A DNA stretch of 64,000 bases, from positions 10,439,832-10,503,831 of the forward strand of contig OZ316897.1 in NCBI GenBank assembly GCA_973895155.1, in the 5' to 3' direction. A program made the translations under genes and the position numbers. Source of the stretch: Marsupella aquatica (lineage: Eukaryota > Plantae > Marchantiophyta). Within the stretch, counting starts at the first letter, position 1; the number at the start of each line of letters is the position of its first letter. Below, piece after piece: positions 52,304-64,000 of the stretch. The notes under the pieces were generated by a model. It worked only from the letters and a program-made list of their open reading frames with translations. It did not search any database and was not told the DNA's origin.

Positions 52304-54661
52304 AAAGTAAGGAATATCGTTCAATGATTTGTGACTAGAGAGTTGTCTCCCAGACAGGGACCTCATTTAACACAGGTTTTGTAAGTTAATTACGATTTTC
52401 GTCCAAAGGGAGAGAATGTGGCTTCGGTAGCAATGAGAAAGCATTCAATGTCGTTAGTATGACATTCTGGAATGGACCTGGAGCAAAGGCAAATGATCGG
52501 GGATCAAATCACAACAACCCTTTGCAATCGTGAATAAATTCGTTGAAAACAAAGTCCAATTCGGACTTTTAAAGGTGGAAGTGGTCTAAATGGACTTGGG
52601 GAGTTGTGCGAGGGGAGTGGCCTATCCTGGTCCTTGCTACTGCCCCAAATTTATTTGCAACAATAGGATTACTTTTCTTGGTAAAGAACTTAATTCGATT
52701 TGTATATTTTACCCACAGGTCCAAATTTATTGAATATTAAATGTTTATTTGTAATACTCTTCACAATTGTTCTGCCGCGTGCAGTGAGAATTTAGTCTGA
52801 AAATGTTCCACCTAATTTGGAAGAGAGGTGTCGTTAGTGCACTTGGGTTTCGAAGTTCAAATGCGTAGTTCAACTTGAAAATTAGCCGTAGCATGAACAT
52901 CTAAAAATTTGCACGCAAAAAAGGGTTAGGATACAGTATTATGACACAGTACAGTACTGTAATGTCAATTCAACCAAGAGGAAAGGACACAGTACTACAG
53001 AGAGAAGGTTTAGTGTCATGAAGGATGACTTTTAGACATAGCCTTCCATAGTAGAGAGTGATTTACTTAAATTGTTGGCTTTTTTAATAGTGGGTCTATT
53101 GCCCAAAGCAAGCTTCGCAACTAACTTGCAAGCATGGAAAACCCCTGGTTTATACTGGTTTACATAATTCTCACAACTACCCCAAGCCCATGTGGCTCAT
53201 AACACATTTGACAGCCTGCCCAAAGGATCCATATTACATGCATGAACAGAATTTGGAACAGAACTGTCTGGAGTGGATGGAAATTGCATTAGTGCAATTT
53301 TTTGGAGTCATGTTTGACTTCAAGGTTCGATGTTATGTTGCACCCAGGATAGATTCTTCTTAGAGATAATATGTTTTGATTATATCAATGCTTTCATTAT
53401 TTGGTTTAAAAAGTTACATGGTCCATATAGGCTTTTATGTCATATCACATTATCATATCATATTGTATGGTGTATTTGAGCATCTAAAAAATTTCATTAT
53501 TTCCCTTGAATGGACAACACTAAGTAAGAAATCTAAATTGAGCCCTTCATAGATCATGGATGGACAAAGGACATACATAATGTCTGACAGGTTTCCTAAA
53601 ATTGGGCTTCATTCTCTAGAACTGAAAATTTGTTTTGAGTTATTTAAAAGTCTGGAAATGGACACTTAAATAGGTTATGGAAAATCTGGGAAGAGGCTAA
53701 TGATTTGGAATTCTTTGCAGCCCTCAGATATGCGGATGCCCTAAGTGGGGAGGATAAACCTCAGGCAGCATCAGGATTAGCACACAAAAAGCATTTGGGC
53801 CTTGCAACTAGCCACCCCGAGGGGAAGAGGCCTCCAGGGGTTTAAGTAAGGATGAAGTGGAATCTAACGTCTACCCAATGTAAGCAATGGAGGTGGTGGT
53901 TGTCAAGGAACAAGAAAAATGCATTTAAGGGTGAGAATGGTAGGGGGTTGGAGGTCAAGTGCAAAGTCCATTAATTTGTACTAATGCTGCTTTGTAAGTG
54001 AAGACTATGCAAGGAAGCTGTAATAGCAACCGCTCTATACTGAATTATAGTATAATTAATGTTCATGCTTTCCACATCAAGATTCTTGATGCCCTGTGGT
54101 TATCAATGCCCCATTGAATCGGCCTCTAGACCAAAGCAAAGTGAATTTTAACTTTTTATCTAGACCTGAGCGCCACCACTCAGAGTGCCAGCATGCTTTT
54201 CAAATTTGAAAAGAATGCCGTGACTGAAGACATAATCAATTCAAGGGCCCTTATCAGCAAAGTGTATACCAATTAATAGTAAAAAGATTTTTGATATGTT
54301 TTCTCCCTTATTTTGTCCCATCTACATATATCAAACTGCCAAAAAACAAGGGGCGCCCAAGCAAGAGGCTTGATCCCAGAGACATAAAACCCGGTCAAGG
54401 GGAGGGAGGCAAAAACAGACCACTACCAGAGCAGGAACCAGGAAGATCAAGAATCTACCTAAGTATCGACAAAACTAAAGAGCCTGCTAGAGCTCCGTGG
54501 AGAATTACATGGGAGGGTCAAGCGGAGGAATCTGACTAGAAGCCCTAACCCCATCGTATGTGATTAACAGGTACATTAGTGCTGCTGTACGTATACATAA
54601 TCCGCTAATATGTATTGGAACTACAACGTATTTAGTTTGTTATCTTCTTTGTTCTTTTTTT

Positions 54662-55005
54662 TGTTGAGCATAGACGACATTCGCAACGGCAAGCCCATGA
54701 ACCATCCAACGCACAATAGTCGACACAGAGAGATACGTGGTTCACCTCCACATGAGGCTACGTCCACGGGAACACACAAGAGCTTTATTGCACTCTAGGC
54801 CGATAGGCCATACCAAGCATCCACAGCACAAGCTCTCCCTATCTCTCAAATAGCTCCGTAACAATGAGCCTAAGTTCCACCAGGGTCTAGCATCAGCCCT
54901 AGCTATATGCACAACAGCACTACCGCTAACATTAGCTAAGTCCTAACCCGAGTTAGACTAACTGTGGTTAGCTCATGAGTCACAAGACTAGAGCAATATC
55001 TAACA
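54662..55005 (-). repeat. 3' LTR (TGTTG...TAACA)
   Basis: Matches 62642-62985 at 330/344 nt by manual comparison. PPT AAGGGGGAGTT (minus strand) is adjacent at 55006-55016. Confidence 0.97.
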
Positions 55006-55206
55006 AACTCCCCCTTGACTCTTGTCTTGGGGACTTGACTAAATGCTACCATATGGAATCCTCAACGGGAAGTTCTAGACAATCACCAAACCAAGTCTAA
55101 AAACCACAAGGGTTAACTAATGGTTAACTAGAACTAAGCCGTAGCTAAACTGGAATGAATAATCCATATACAAATAGTCACACATTGCTAAATAACTCTA
55201 CTTGCA

Positions 55207-58200
55207 CTACAACTGCAAAACCTGCAAAGTAGCACGGTGTCTTGAGAAACTCTCCAAATGAATCACTTTGGTAAAGGCATCAACGGGATTGAGCTTTCCA
55301 TCAATCTTGACTAGCTCAAAAGTTTTAGCAGACACTGTTTGCCTGATAAAATGGTACCTGATATCAATCACCCTGTTATCCATCACTTGGTTAGCAGCCA
55401 AGTGAAGAGCACTCTGACTATCACAGTTTAGAGTCATTTTGCCATGCTCTAAACCCATTTTCGTGATCAACTTATCCAACCAAATTGCTTCCTTAATTTG
55501 CTGTTTCTGCTGCTGCAACATACTCTGCTTCTGTAGTAGACTGAGAAATGCACTTCTGCAAGGTAGATTTCTAACTGATACATCCTCCTCCAAGAGTGTA
55601 TACAAACCCAGTTGTAGACCTCCTTGTATCCAGATAGCCTCCATAATCAGAATCTACATAGCCAACTAACGTTCTATCTGATCTGGCATCAAATAGTAAC
55701 TCATAGTCCTGTGTTCCCTTCACATACCTGAGAATACACTTCACAACTTCCCAATGTACCTTCCCTGGATTTGACATGAATCTGCTAACCTTGCCATCGC
55801 TAGGGCCAAGTCAGGCCTAGTACAAGTCATCAAATACATCAGACTGCCTACTTCCTTCTCATAAGGAATCTTAGCCATCAGACCGTTCTCCACAGCATCC
55901 GTAGGAGAGAAAGCCAATGAAACTTGAAATGTGAAGCTAAAGGAATACTCACTGGCTTACAATTTTCCATGTTGAATCGTGCAAGTATTTTCCTCGCATA
56001 CTGGCCTTGATTCAAGCACAACTGTCCAGTATCAGAGTTCCTAAAAATCTTCATCCCTAAGATCCTCTTGGCCTTACCAAGATCCTTCATCCTGAATTCA
56101 GCACTCAATTTTGCCTTGAGACTGTCAACCTCAGATTGATCTTTAGCCACAATCAGCATGTCATCCACATAAATAACCAGAATGATGAAACCAAACACAT
56201 CATTCTTGACTGATTTCGTATACACACAAGGATCATACACCATCCTTTTAAAACCTTGAGCAAGCATGAAATCATCAAACCGCTTGTTCCATTATCTAGG
56301 AGACTACCTCAATCCATACAAGGACTTGAGCAATCTGCAAACTAAGTTCTCTTGGCCCTTCTTCATAAAGCCTAGTGGCTGTTTCATGAAGATCATCTCT
56401 TCCAAGTTGTCGTAGAGAAAAGCAGTAACAACATTCATCACCAGACCACAAAACACAACAAGCTGACACAAGATCCAAATTGTGGAATACTTAGCCACCG
56501 GTGAAAAGACCTCATTGTAATCCACTCCTTTCTCTTGAGTGAATCCCTTGGCAACAAACCTTGCCTTGTAGATCTTATCTTCACCCTCTAAAGGATCGTC
56601 CTTCAACTTGTAAATCCACTTGCTGTCCACCACTTGCTGACCTCTTGGAAGTTCCACCAGCTCCCAAGTCTTGTTGTCACTCAAAGATTGCAACTCCCTC
56701 TACATTGTTGCATTCCACTAATGCTTCTGCTCTGAAGCACAAGCCTCACTGTACGAAGAAGGTTCTCCTTCTTCCAAGATCAAAGCCATATCATCATCTA
56801 GCTTTTAAGATGAGTCTGCCCATTGACCATACCTGGTAGGAGCTCTAGTTGAACAATTGAAAGTTCTTCTAGTAGATGATTCAGGCTGATCTGCTGCTGC
56901 TGCTGGCTGAATTTGAGGTACCCCAACAACAACCTGCTTCTCTTGTTCCATCAGAGGAACCAGCTCCAAGCCCGGAGCTTCTCCATCTCTCCTGTCATGA
57001 ACAGCATCATGACTAATCTCCCCCTCAATTCAACCCGGTCTAGGATGGGAGATTTCTCCTTGTCAGTATGGGAGTCCTGAGAACTTTCCCCCTCCTTTGA
57101 TGATCTGGATTCATTAAAGGACATATCTCTACTGATAATTAATTTACAGGTTACTGGATCCCATAACCTATAACCCTTCACACCTTTTTGATAGCCAAGG
57201 AAAAAGCACTTTTTCGACTTGGACTCCAGCTTGGATCGAAGCTGGGAAGGTGTAAGTACAAAAGCATCACATCCAAAAATCCTTAGATGTGAGTAATCTG
57301 CTGGACGCCCGTACCTCATTTCAAATGACGTCTTGAATCCAATAGAACTGGATGGAGAAAATTTTACCAAATAAGCTGCAGTATTGACAACTTCAGCCCA
57401 AAACTCATGTGGTAAGCATGATTGACTCAACATACTCCTCGAGCGGTCCAATAGTGTTCAGTTGAGTCTCTCAGAAACACCATTATGCTAAAGAGTATAA
57501 CTTGTTGTGAGATGACGGGTAATCCCCTACTCCTTACAATACGTTGTAAATTCCCAAGAACTGTATTCACCGCCGTTATCCGATCAAAGATATCTCACCT
57601 TATTACCAGTCTGATTTTCAACTTGGGCTTTCCACTCCTTAAAAGTGGCAAAAACATCAGACTTGCTATGTAGAAAGTATATCAACACATACCTTGAGTA
57701 ATCGTCTATGAACGTGACATAGTATAACCGTCCAGAATGTGGGGGAGTAGGGGCTGGACCCCACACATCACTATGTACATACTCAAGTACCTCCTTGCTA
57801 GTGTGAGTTCCAACTCCAAAGGGTTTCCTGTGCTGCTTCCCAAGCACACAATGCTCACAGAATTCCAACTTACAAGATTGCAAATGAGAATGTAATCCTT
57901 TCTTTTGAAGAATATCCAAACCTTTTTCACTCATGTGGCCCAACTGGAAGTGCCATAGCCGGGCCGTCTCCTCATGAGATAAGGTTACATTGGCTTCATC
58001 ACAGACTACACTGCCCTCCAAAACGTGTAGATTGTAATGTCTCTTTCCCTTCAATACAACTTTAGTACCAGTTAAAATCTGAAGGACACCATTAGCAGAA
58101 CTCCACTGATGGCCATTTGCTTCGAAAACTGCAAGTGAAATGAGATTTTTCATCATACTGGGAATATGTCTCACATTCCTCAACATCCTCATAGCACCAT

Positions 58201-59453
58201 CAAATATCTGAAATCAGATCCAAGTCCTACCACTTGACATGGGATTCCATTTCCCATTAACACTGAACCGTTGGAATCCGTGTAAGAACTAAAAAAACTC
58301 TCCTAGAGCAAATGTGAAAAGTACATGCACTATCTAGAATCCAGTCATCACTACCTGGATTTGACACTACGTTGAGAGCATAACCTTGGCATCATAATAT
58401 GTCATCATCATTGAGTAAATATACCTCATGCAAGCTCGATGCCGCGTTAGCTGATGCAGTAGGGTTCTTTACTCAACAATCCCTTTTCATGTGGCCAGGC
58501 TTGTCACAATTCCAAGATGCAAGAGGCTTCCTCTCTTTCAATTTTCCTCTAGATTTAGATCTCCCCCGTGATGTAGATCTAAACCTGTTCTGCCTATTCG
58601 TGCACTGCGCTGCTCTTCCTCGATTCACGTTCAACGTAGTGCCTGAGGAAGATGTTGTCTGTGATTGACCCAGCTTCTTTTGAGCATCATCAGACAGTAA
58701 AGAGCTCACCACCTTTTTATATGAAATGGACTTCAGATCTTTGTACAAGAGCACCTATTTCAAGCCCTGATATGATGGCGGTAAGGAGCTTAGCAAAAGT
58801 AAGGCCTTATCCTCATCTTCAACTCCCTTACCCAGGTTTGACAGATCCACAGCTAGACTATCAAACTCATCTATGTGATCTTGCAGCTTGCTCCCTTCCT
58901 TGAGCCTAAGGCTCATCAAGATAGACTTCTTGTACAGCCGGTCTGACGTATCTTCCCGGTAGTACTTCTCTCTTAAAGCCTTGAATAGTGACGTGCAATC
59001 CGCATAATCATCCAGCTTCTTGATGATGTGCGGTTTAGGGTAAAACATCATTGCATTGACAACAATGACTTGCTCCTATCTCCACTGCTTCTCTAAGATC
59101 TCCTCCTCTCCATCATACTGCTCTCGCAAAGAAAGCAGATGAGCTAAGCCCATGGCCCGCAGAACACCCTTCACTTGCTTCTTCCATAGCAAGTAATCAG
59201 TACGACCATCGTACTTCTCCACCTCAAACTTCACTCCTCCAAATCTAGCCATCTCCCTCTTCTTCCCCACTACCGAGAACTCTGGTAGTAGAACAGCTTC
59301 CTCCACTGCACGTCGCACCGGTGATTGTACCGGTGACACTAGTTCTTCCTCAAACGGTAACAGCTCCTCAGACTCTCCGTCTGATCGTCGCGATCCTAAT
59401 GCTCCACCGACGCCAATTCTTCCAGTATCCTCTGAGTCACTCATATGAAACAA
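55207..59453 (-). pseudogene. Copia gag-pol, disrupted by multiple stops and frameshifts
   Basis: KFEVEKYDG gag start; zinc knuckle (S)WNCDKPGHMKRDC; protease WILDS (~58340); LWH..LGHMSEKG..CEHC; integrase HSDVWGP / FWAEVVNTA; RT YKARFVAKGFTQ, KSLYGL, YVDDML; RNase H GYVDSD, CDSQSA, IDIRYHFIR. Confidence 0.95.
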
Positions 59454-61396
59454 TCACGAAAAAACGTCTTTTTTCAAAACTCCTCATAAAAATCAAAACT
59501 CAACACCGCCGCGTAGCCCACAAAGCTAGGAGTCCAATATTGAAAGCCAAAATCAAACTCAAAATTTGACGGAAAAGTTATTCAAATTTTGGTCGGGGTG
59601 GGTAAAACCTTGGGAAACTCCCCCGTTTTGACCACCTCGAAGAATAATCGAAATACCAAGTACAACCCGTCGTCAAAATTGCGATGTGATTGGTGTGCCG
59701 CGGTGCTAACTCTAGTGGCAACGTCCTTGCCGAAAAAGAACCAAAAAAGTTACCGTTTGGCGGACAAAATCTTTGTCGGACGGCTGAAAAACAGCTCTCT
59801 GTTTTTTCAAGAATATTCTTGCACAGTTTGACAGGTCTCACAGGGGGCCGTTCCCCCTGTCCAAGTGGTTAAAATGCCGGGTCACCAATCCCGGGATCAC
59901 CACTTAAAAGAAAAACCAAGAAAATAGGCTTAAAAGAGGGGCTTAGAAGGGGTGCCAAACACCCCTTAATTATCAAATATACCTCGTATAGGGCCGCGTA
60001 CAAGTCGATATGGGCCAGAGGGGGCGCAAAGTGGGAGCACGCGGGTCGGGGATACGCCCAGGGATATATGGGCGGTTGCGTACGGTCAAAACTTGGGGAT
60101 CAGAAATAAAATGGGCGATGAGGACCAGGACAGGGCAACCGGCGGTAGCCTGGTCGCGAGGGAGTTAAACGAGGCGAGGAGGTTCGTAAAGGCGGGAGGG
60201 GCGAGGGGCAAAGGGCCGGGCGCGGGGGGCCTTAAAAAGGGGGGCAGGGGCGAGGCATGTTAAAACACGCTGTCTGGGGGGAAAATGTGGTTCTTGAGGA
60301 AGCATCGGGCCTATGGCTGCTAGTGTCAAGAGAGAATTAACTTAAGTTAAGATCATGATTTACTATCCTAGACTGGGTAGCAAACACCACAAGGAATGGT
60401 TCTATGGATGAAAGCACAACATCATAACCCTTTTCTCCATACCTACGAACTATTGCCTCCTTTGCAGCTACCTTGGGTCGAGTTACAAAACAAATATCTC
60501 CCAACGAGAAAGAAACTGGAGGTTCATCGGAGGGAGGTTTGTTGAGATCCATCTCAATACAAGATAAAAATTGTGCAAGCCCAATCCTGCCCGTAAACTA
60601 CATAAGGGTATACAAGTGGCTCTATTGAATTTAACAATGCAGTTGCAAATGCTTCTCCAAAGTGAAAAGTCATATGCTGACGCATTATCTCTTTTTGGAG
60701 TACATGAATTCTAATAAGGAAAGGATTAAGACGAGGAAGAACAGGTACTGGTCTGGGCTAATATTCATTCTAATGACAAGATATAGAATCATTCAACAAA
60801 ATAGATCATTCATTCAAACAAATACTATGCATTGAGTTAACTCTAAATATATACATGCAGATGTTTATCTTAATAGGTTTATCTTCTTTTGAATGAAAAC
60901 ACTATCTGAAGGTCCAACACATACAAATTACCACTGACTAAGTTAAGCTCCAAGCCAGCGTGCATGCGTGAGTCTACTTCATAAGGATTTCACCCAAAAG
61001 GAGCATATGATGTCAAGGTATTGTTGAGCATTTTCCAACTCTTTAGGACTTAATAACCATCTCCTATCAAATGATAACACTTTTTGAAGGTCCAACTCAT
61101 ACAAAATATCCATGGCCGAGCTGAAGCTCTAAGCAAGCGTGCATGAGTGGGTCTACTTCATGAGGGTTATATTCATAGAATAGGTCATCAAGTCCAATGG
61201 ATTTTTAAGGCTTCACAACTTAGTTGATGAAAAATGGGGAGTGAGGGGAGAGAGTCCCTCTCCTCTTTATTTATAGTGCTCATACCTCAAGCACACGGAT
61301 CAAGCATGGCACACGGATGGAAGCCATGTGTCACACATCCAAGGCAAGTAAGTGTGCTAGTACTATAGTTACGTGAGTGGAGCAACTGTAGGCAAT

Positions 61397-61702
61397 ACAT
61401 TGTAGCATGCACATTGTAGATCGTACACTGTAGCATGCATACTGTAGATCATACACTATAGCATGCACACTGTAGATCGTACATTGTAGCATGCATACTG
61501 TAGATCGTACACTGTAGCATGCACACTATAGGTCATGCACTGTAGCATGCACATTATAGACCGTATACTATAGCATGCACTCTGTAGATCGTACACTATA
61601 GCATGCACACTATAGGTCGTGCATTGTAGCATGCACACTATAGACCATATACTGTATAGTATGCACGCTGTAGACCGTATGCTGTAGCATGCACACTGTA
61701 CA
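61397..61702. repeat. 28-bp (2 x 14-bp) minisatellite CTGTAGCATGCACA-CTGTAGATCGTACA inside the copia 5' leader
   Basis: About 11 units read directly. Confidence 0.95.
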
Positions 61703-62627
61703 CATGTATATTATGCGAGAATTCAAACTACTATCCTATACTAATAAGCTATACTTATGAGGATCTGACTAAATAAAGAATCCCCACGACAACGCAAATA
61801 GCGCCGGTCGACGCTGCATGAGGCGTAGGTGCGCCTGAAGTGTCAGGGGGGCATATGTACTCGGCCAATACTAGACCGATACGAGGTGTGTAGACACCTT
61901 GTGAAATAATGACCTATAACCCCCTTTAAAATGCAAAAAACTTCCCCGAGAAAAATTGAATGAGTTACTCACCTTAAGCCGCTGTTTTAAGTGAGGAAAT
62001 GAACATCGCCGATGGGAAATATTGTCAAATTGTACCGGCACAGTCTGCAACTCCAGCACAGGGAAAAATTTCCGCCGCATCGCCTTCACTCCGTGTCAAG
62101 TGCCAATCCTGGGCTCAAAATGACCGCCTCGCTGTGATCAAACCATTGAGCCGTGACACTTCACATTTCTTGCACCAAGTCGAACGTCACGAAGAGAAAC
62201 CCGGTTCAGATGAGAACAAGCTACATAGCTTGTGAAAAAACTTGAACGCCTCCGTCATTCGTCACGTCGCACTTGGTAACAACTTGGCAGCAATCTAGCA
62301 ACCAAAATGACCAACTCGCTTCAACCTTCAACTTGAGCTATAATGTGTGATCCCTCCCGCATTGTGTGCTCACACCTTTGAAAAATGCAAACTCTGGTCT
62401 CTCCCCTGAAACCCGTCGAACACGAATAAAACCTGAACAACGCAAACTTCAATTCCTCCGCACCACGGATACTGATCAGCGAGTTCTAACCATCGTTAGA
62501 AAGCTCTCTCACTAACCTATCCGCTCAGCCACACACATTTGAGTTTCATGCGATGAAACTCCGAATGTACCATCAACAATGAACGTTGGAAAACCGTCAC
62601 AAAAAAACCTCGTCACCTCCCAGGCAT

Positions 62628-62639
62628 GCTCTGATACCA
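62628..62639 (-). other. Primer-binding site complementary to tRNA-iMet (TGGTATCAGAGC)
   Basis: GCTCTGATACCA on the plus strand, 2 nt from the 5' LTR. Confidence 0.95.
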
Positions 62640-62641
62640 CT

Positions 62642-62985
62642 TGTTGAGCATAGACAACATTCGCAATGGCAAGCCCATGAACCATCCAACGCACAATAGT
62701 TGACACAGAGAGATACATGGTTCACCTCCACATGAGGCTACATCCACGGGAACACACAAGAGCTTTATTGCACTCTAGGCCGACAGGCCATACCAAGCAT
62801 CCACAGCACAAGCTCTCCCTATCTCTCAACTAGCTCTGTAACAATGAGCCTAAGTTCCACTAGGGTCTGGCATCAGCCCTGGCTATATGCACAACAGCAC
62901 TATCGCTAACATTAGCTAAGTCCTAACCCAAGTTAGACTAACTGTGGTTAGCTCATGAGTCACAAGACTAGAGCAATATCTAACT
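62642..62985 (-). repeat. 5' LTR (outer terminal base altered: ...TAACT)
   Basis: Near-identical to 54662-55005 and adjacent to the PBS. Confidence 0.97.
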
Positions 62986-63292
62986 TTTTTTTGCCTTGAA
63001 AACCAAAAGCAGGCCCATCCAACAAAGGATACTTTACATGTCCTGCTTTGGAGCATGCATTTCTATGTAGGGTAGCCACAAGGGGACAATACCTAGGGAT
63101 CCTACAGGGACCCAGATCAGGAGGGAGAGAGGATTAAACCAAAACCCAAAGTGGGCAACCAGGGCTAAGGGGATAATCAATACTCCCACCACTACACCCC
63201 ACCCACACACACACCCTCCACACCCCTTATGTGTGGAGGGAGGATTGAACCTCGGACCTCACGGTTCTAGGCTCATCCTCTGGCCAACTCAG
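62985..63292 (-). mobile_element. tRNA-derived SINE (~310 bp) whose poly(A) tail was split by the copia insertion
   Basis: Minus strand: partial A-box CTGAGTTGG at the 5' end, B-box GGTTCAATCC (63242-63251), and an A-tail (62985-62992, remainder at 54657-54661). Perfect 14-bp TSD TCTTCTTTGTTCTT at 54643-54656 and 63293-63306. Confidence 0.8.
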
Positions 63293-64000
63293 TCTTCTTT
63301 GTTCTTCCTAGGAGATCTGTTTGATTCCTTTATGGCACAGAAATTTGTCATCCATAGTAGAGTTGATTTGTATGCCCCTCCACACCTAGTGGGAAAGGGG
63401 GAAATTTACTCTTGGGATGTCCTTTAGATGGGGAAGGGAAATACTTCATCTGCTCTCAAAGAAGTTAGCCTTTTAATTTCCCAACAATCAAGATTTCATT
63501 GGCAAATCTGAATTATCTGTACTAATAACTAGGCAAACCCTCAAGTTTCTAGTTGGGAATTAAAAAGCAGTAGCATTCCTCCCTGCCTTTCTTGTCCAGC
63601 CTCTACTCCTTAACAGCTGATGGAATAGTGCCCTTCAGACACAAAGTAACCCTTTATTCCTGGTGTACATGACACAGGTAATCATTTCTCATAGCAACTT
63701 GAAGTCACATTCCCTTAAGTAATCTGTTTAAACCACAACTGCCCCTTCAAGAGTTACAGGTTACCAGCACAAACTAAATTTCACTAGAAACTAAATTTTT
63801 TTCCTGAAATTGTGAAGCAGACTGGCACCTGAGAGTTAGTACAGTTAATGTGGACACTAAGTCATGCACATCGAGTCTAATTAGTACAGTTACTGCGGAC
63901 ACTAAGTCATGCAAGTGCACATAGTTCAACTTTTCATGAGATTTTCTACCAAACACAAATTAGAACCAAATGTGCAACTACATAAAAGTCCATATTCCTT

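Larger units (their letters stand above)
54662..62985 (-). mobile_element. Full-length but decayed Ty1/copia LTR retrotransposon (Tnt1/Tork-like)
   Basis: Two 344-bp LTRs, a tRNA-iMet primer-binding site, a polypurine tract, copia domain order gag-PR-IN-RT-RH, and a TTTTT flank on both sides. Confidence 0.97.

Noticed and set aside
61735-61874. Complete mini-Helitron (TCCTATACTAATAA … CTAG)
   Set aside because: The CTAG is followed by A rather than T and the hairpin is poorly placed. Kept only as a hint within the copia-leader finding.
63235-63292. Functional tRNA gene
   Set aside because: A B-box is present, but the 5' acceptor stem is truncated and no cloverleaf forms. The A-tail and TSD indicate a SINE.

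Overview
Eukaryotic nuclear DNA from a land plant. Intron style, transposon content and gene divergence suggest a bryophyte such as a liverwort; this is inference. Four intron-containing host genes are supported: (1) a BTB/POZ coiled-coil gene (+, 12364-14324); (2) a UVI4/OSD1(GIG1)-like APC/C-inhibitor gene (+, 31968-33320) with E2F, CHR and MSA promoter motifs; (3) the meiotic MutS homologue MSH5 (-, about 34 coding exons, 46368-34048); (4) an alpha/beta-hydrolase (+, 48772-52303). Mobile DNA comprises: a near-intact Sola-like DDD DNA transposon (1 to ~5525, left end outside the window) whose transposase is fused to three tandem TNP1/CACTA-like domains; a heavily decayed LINE (~25-29 kb, -); and a full-length decayed Ty1/copia element (54662-62985, -) inserted into the poly(A) tail of a tRNA-derived SINE that retains a 14-bp target-site duplication (TSD). 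The most unusual structure is a ~600-bp degenerate inverted duplication between the head-to-head MSH5 and hydrolase genes. It gives these two unrelated genes homologous first exons, splice donors and 5'-UTR introns. All exon boundaries and alignments were made by eye.
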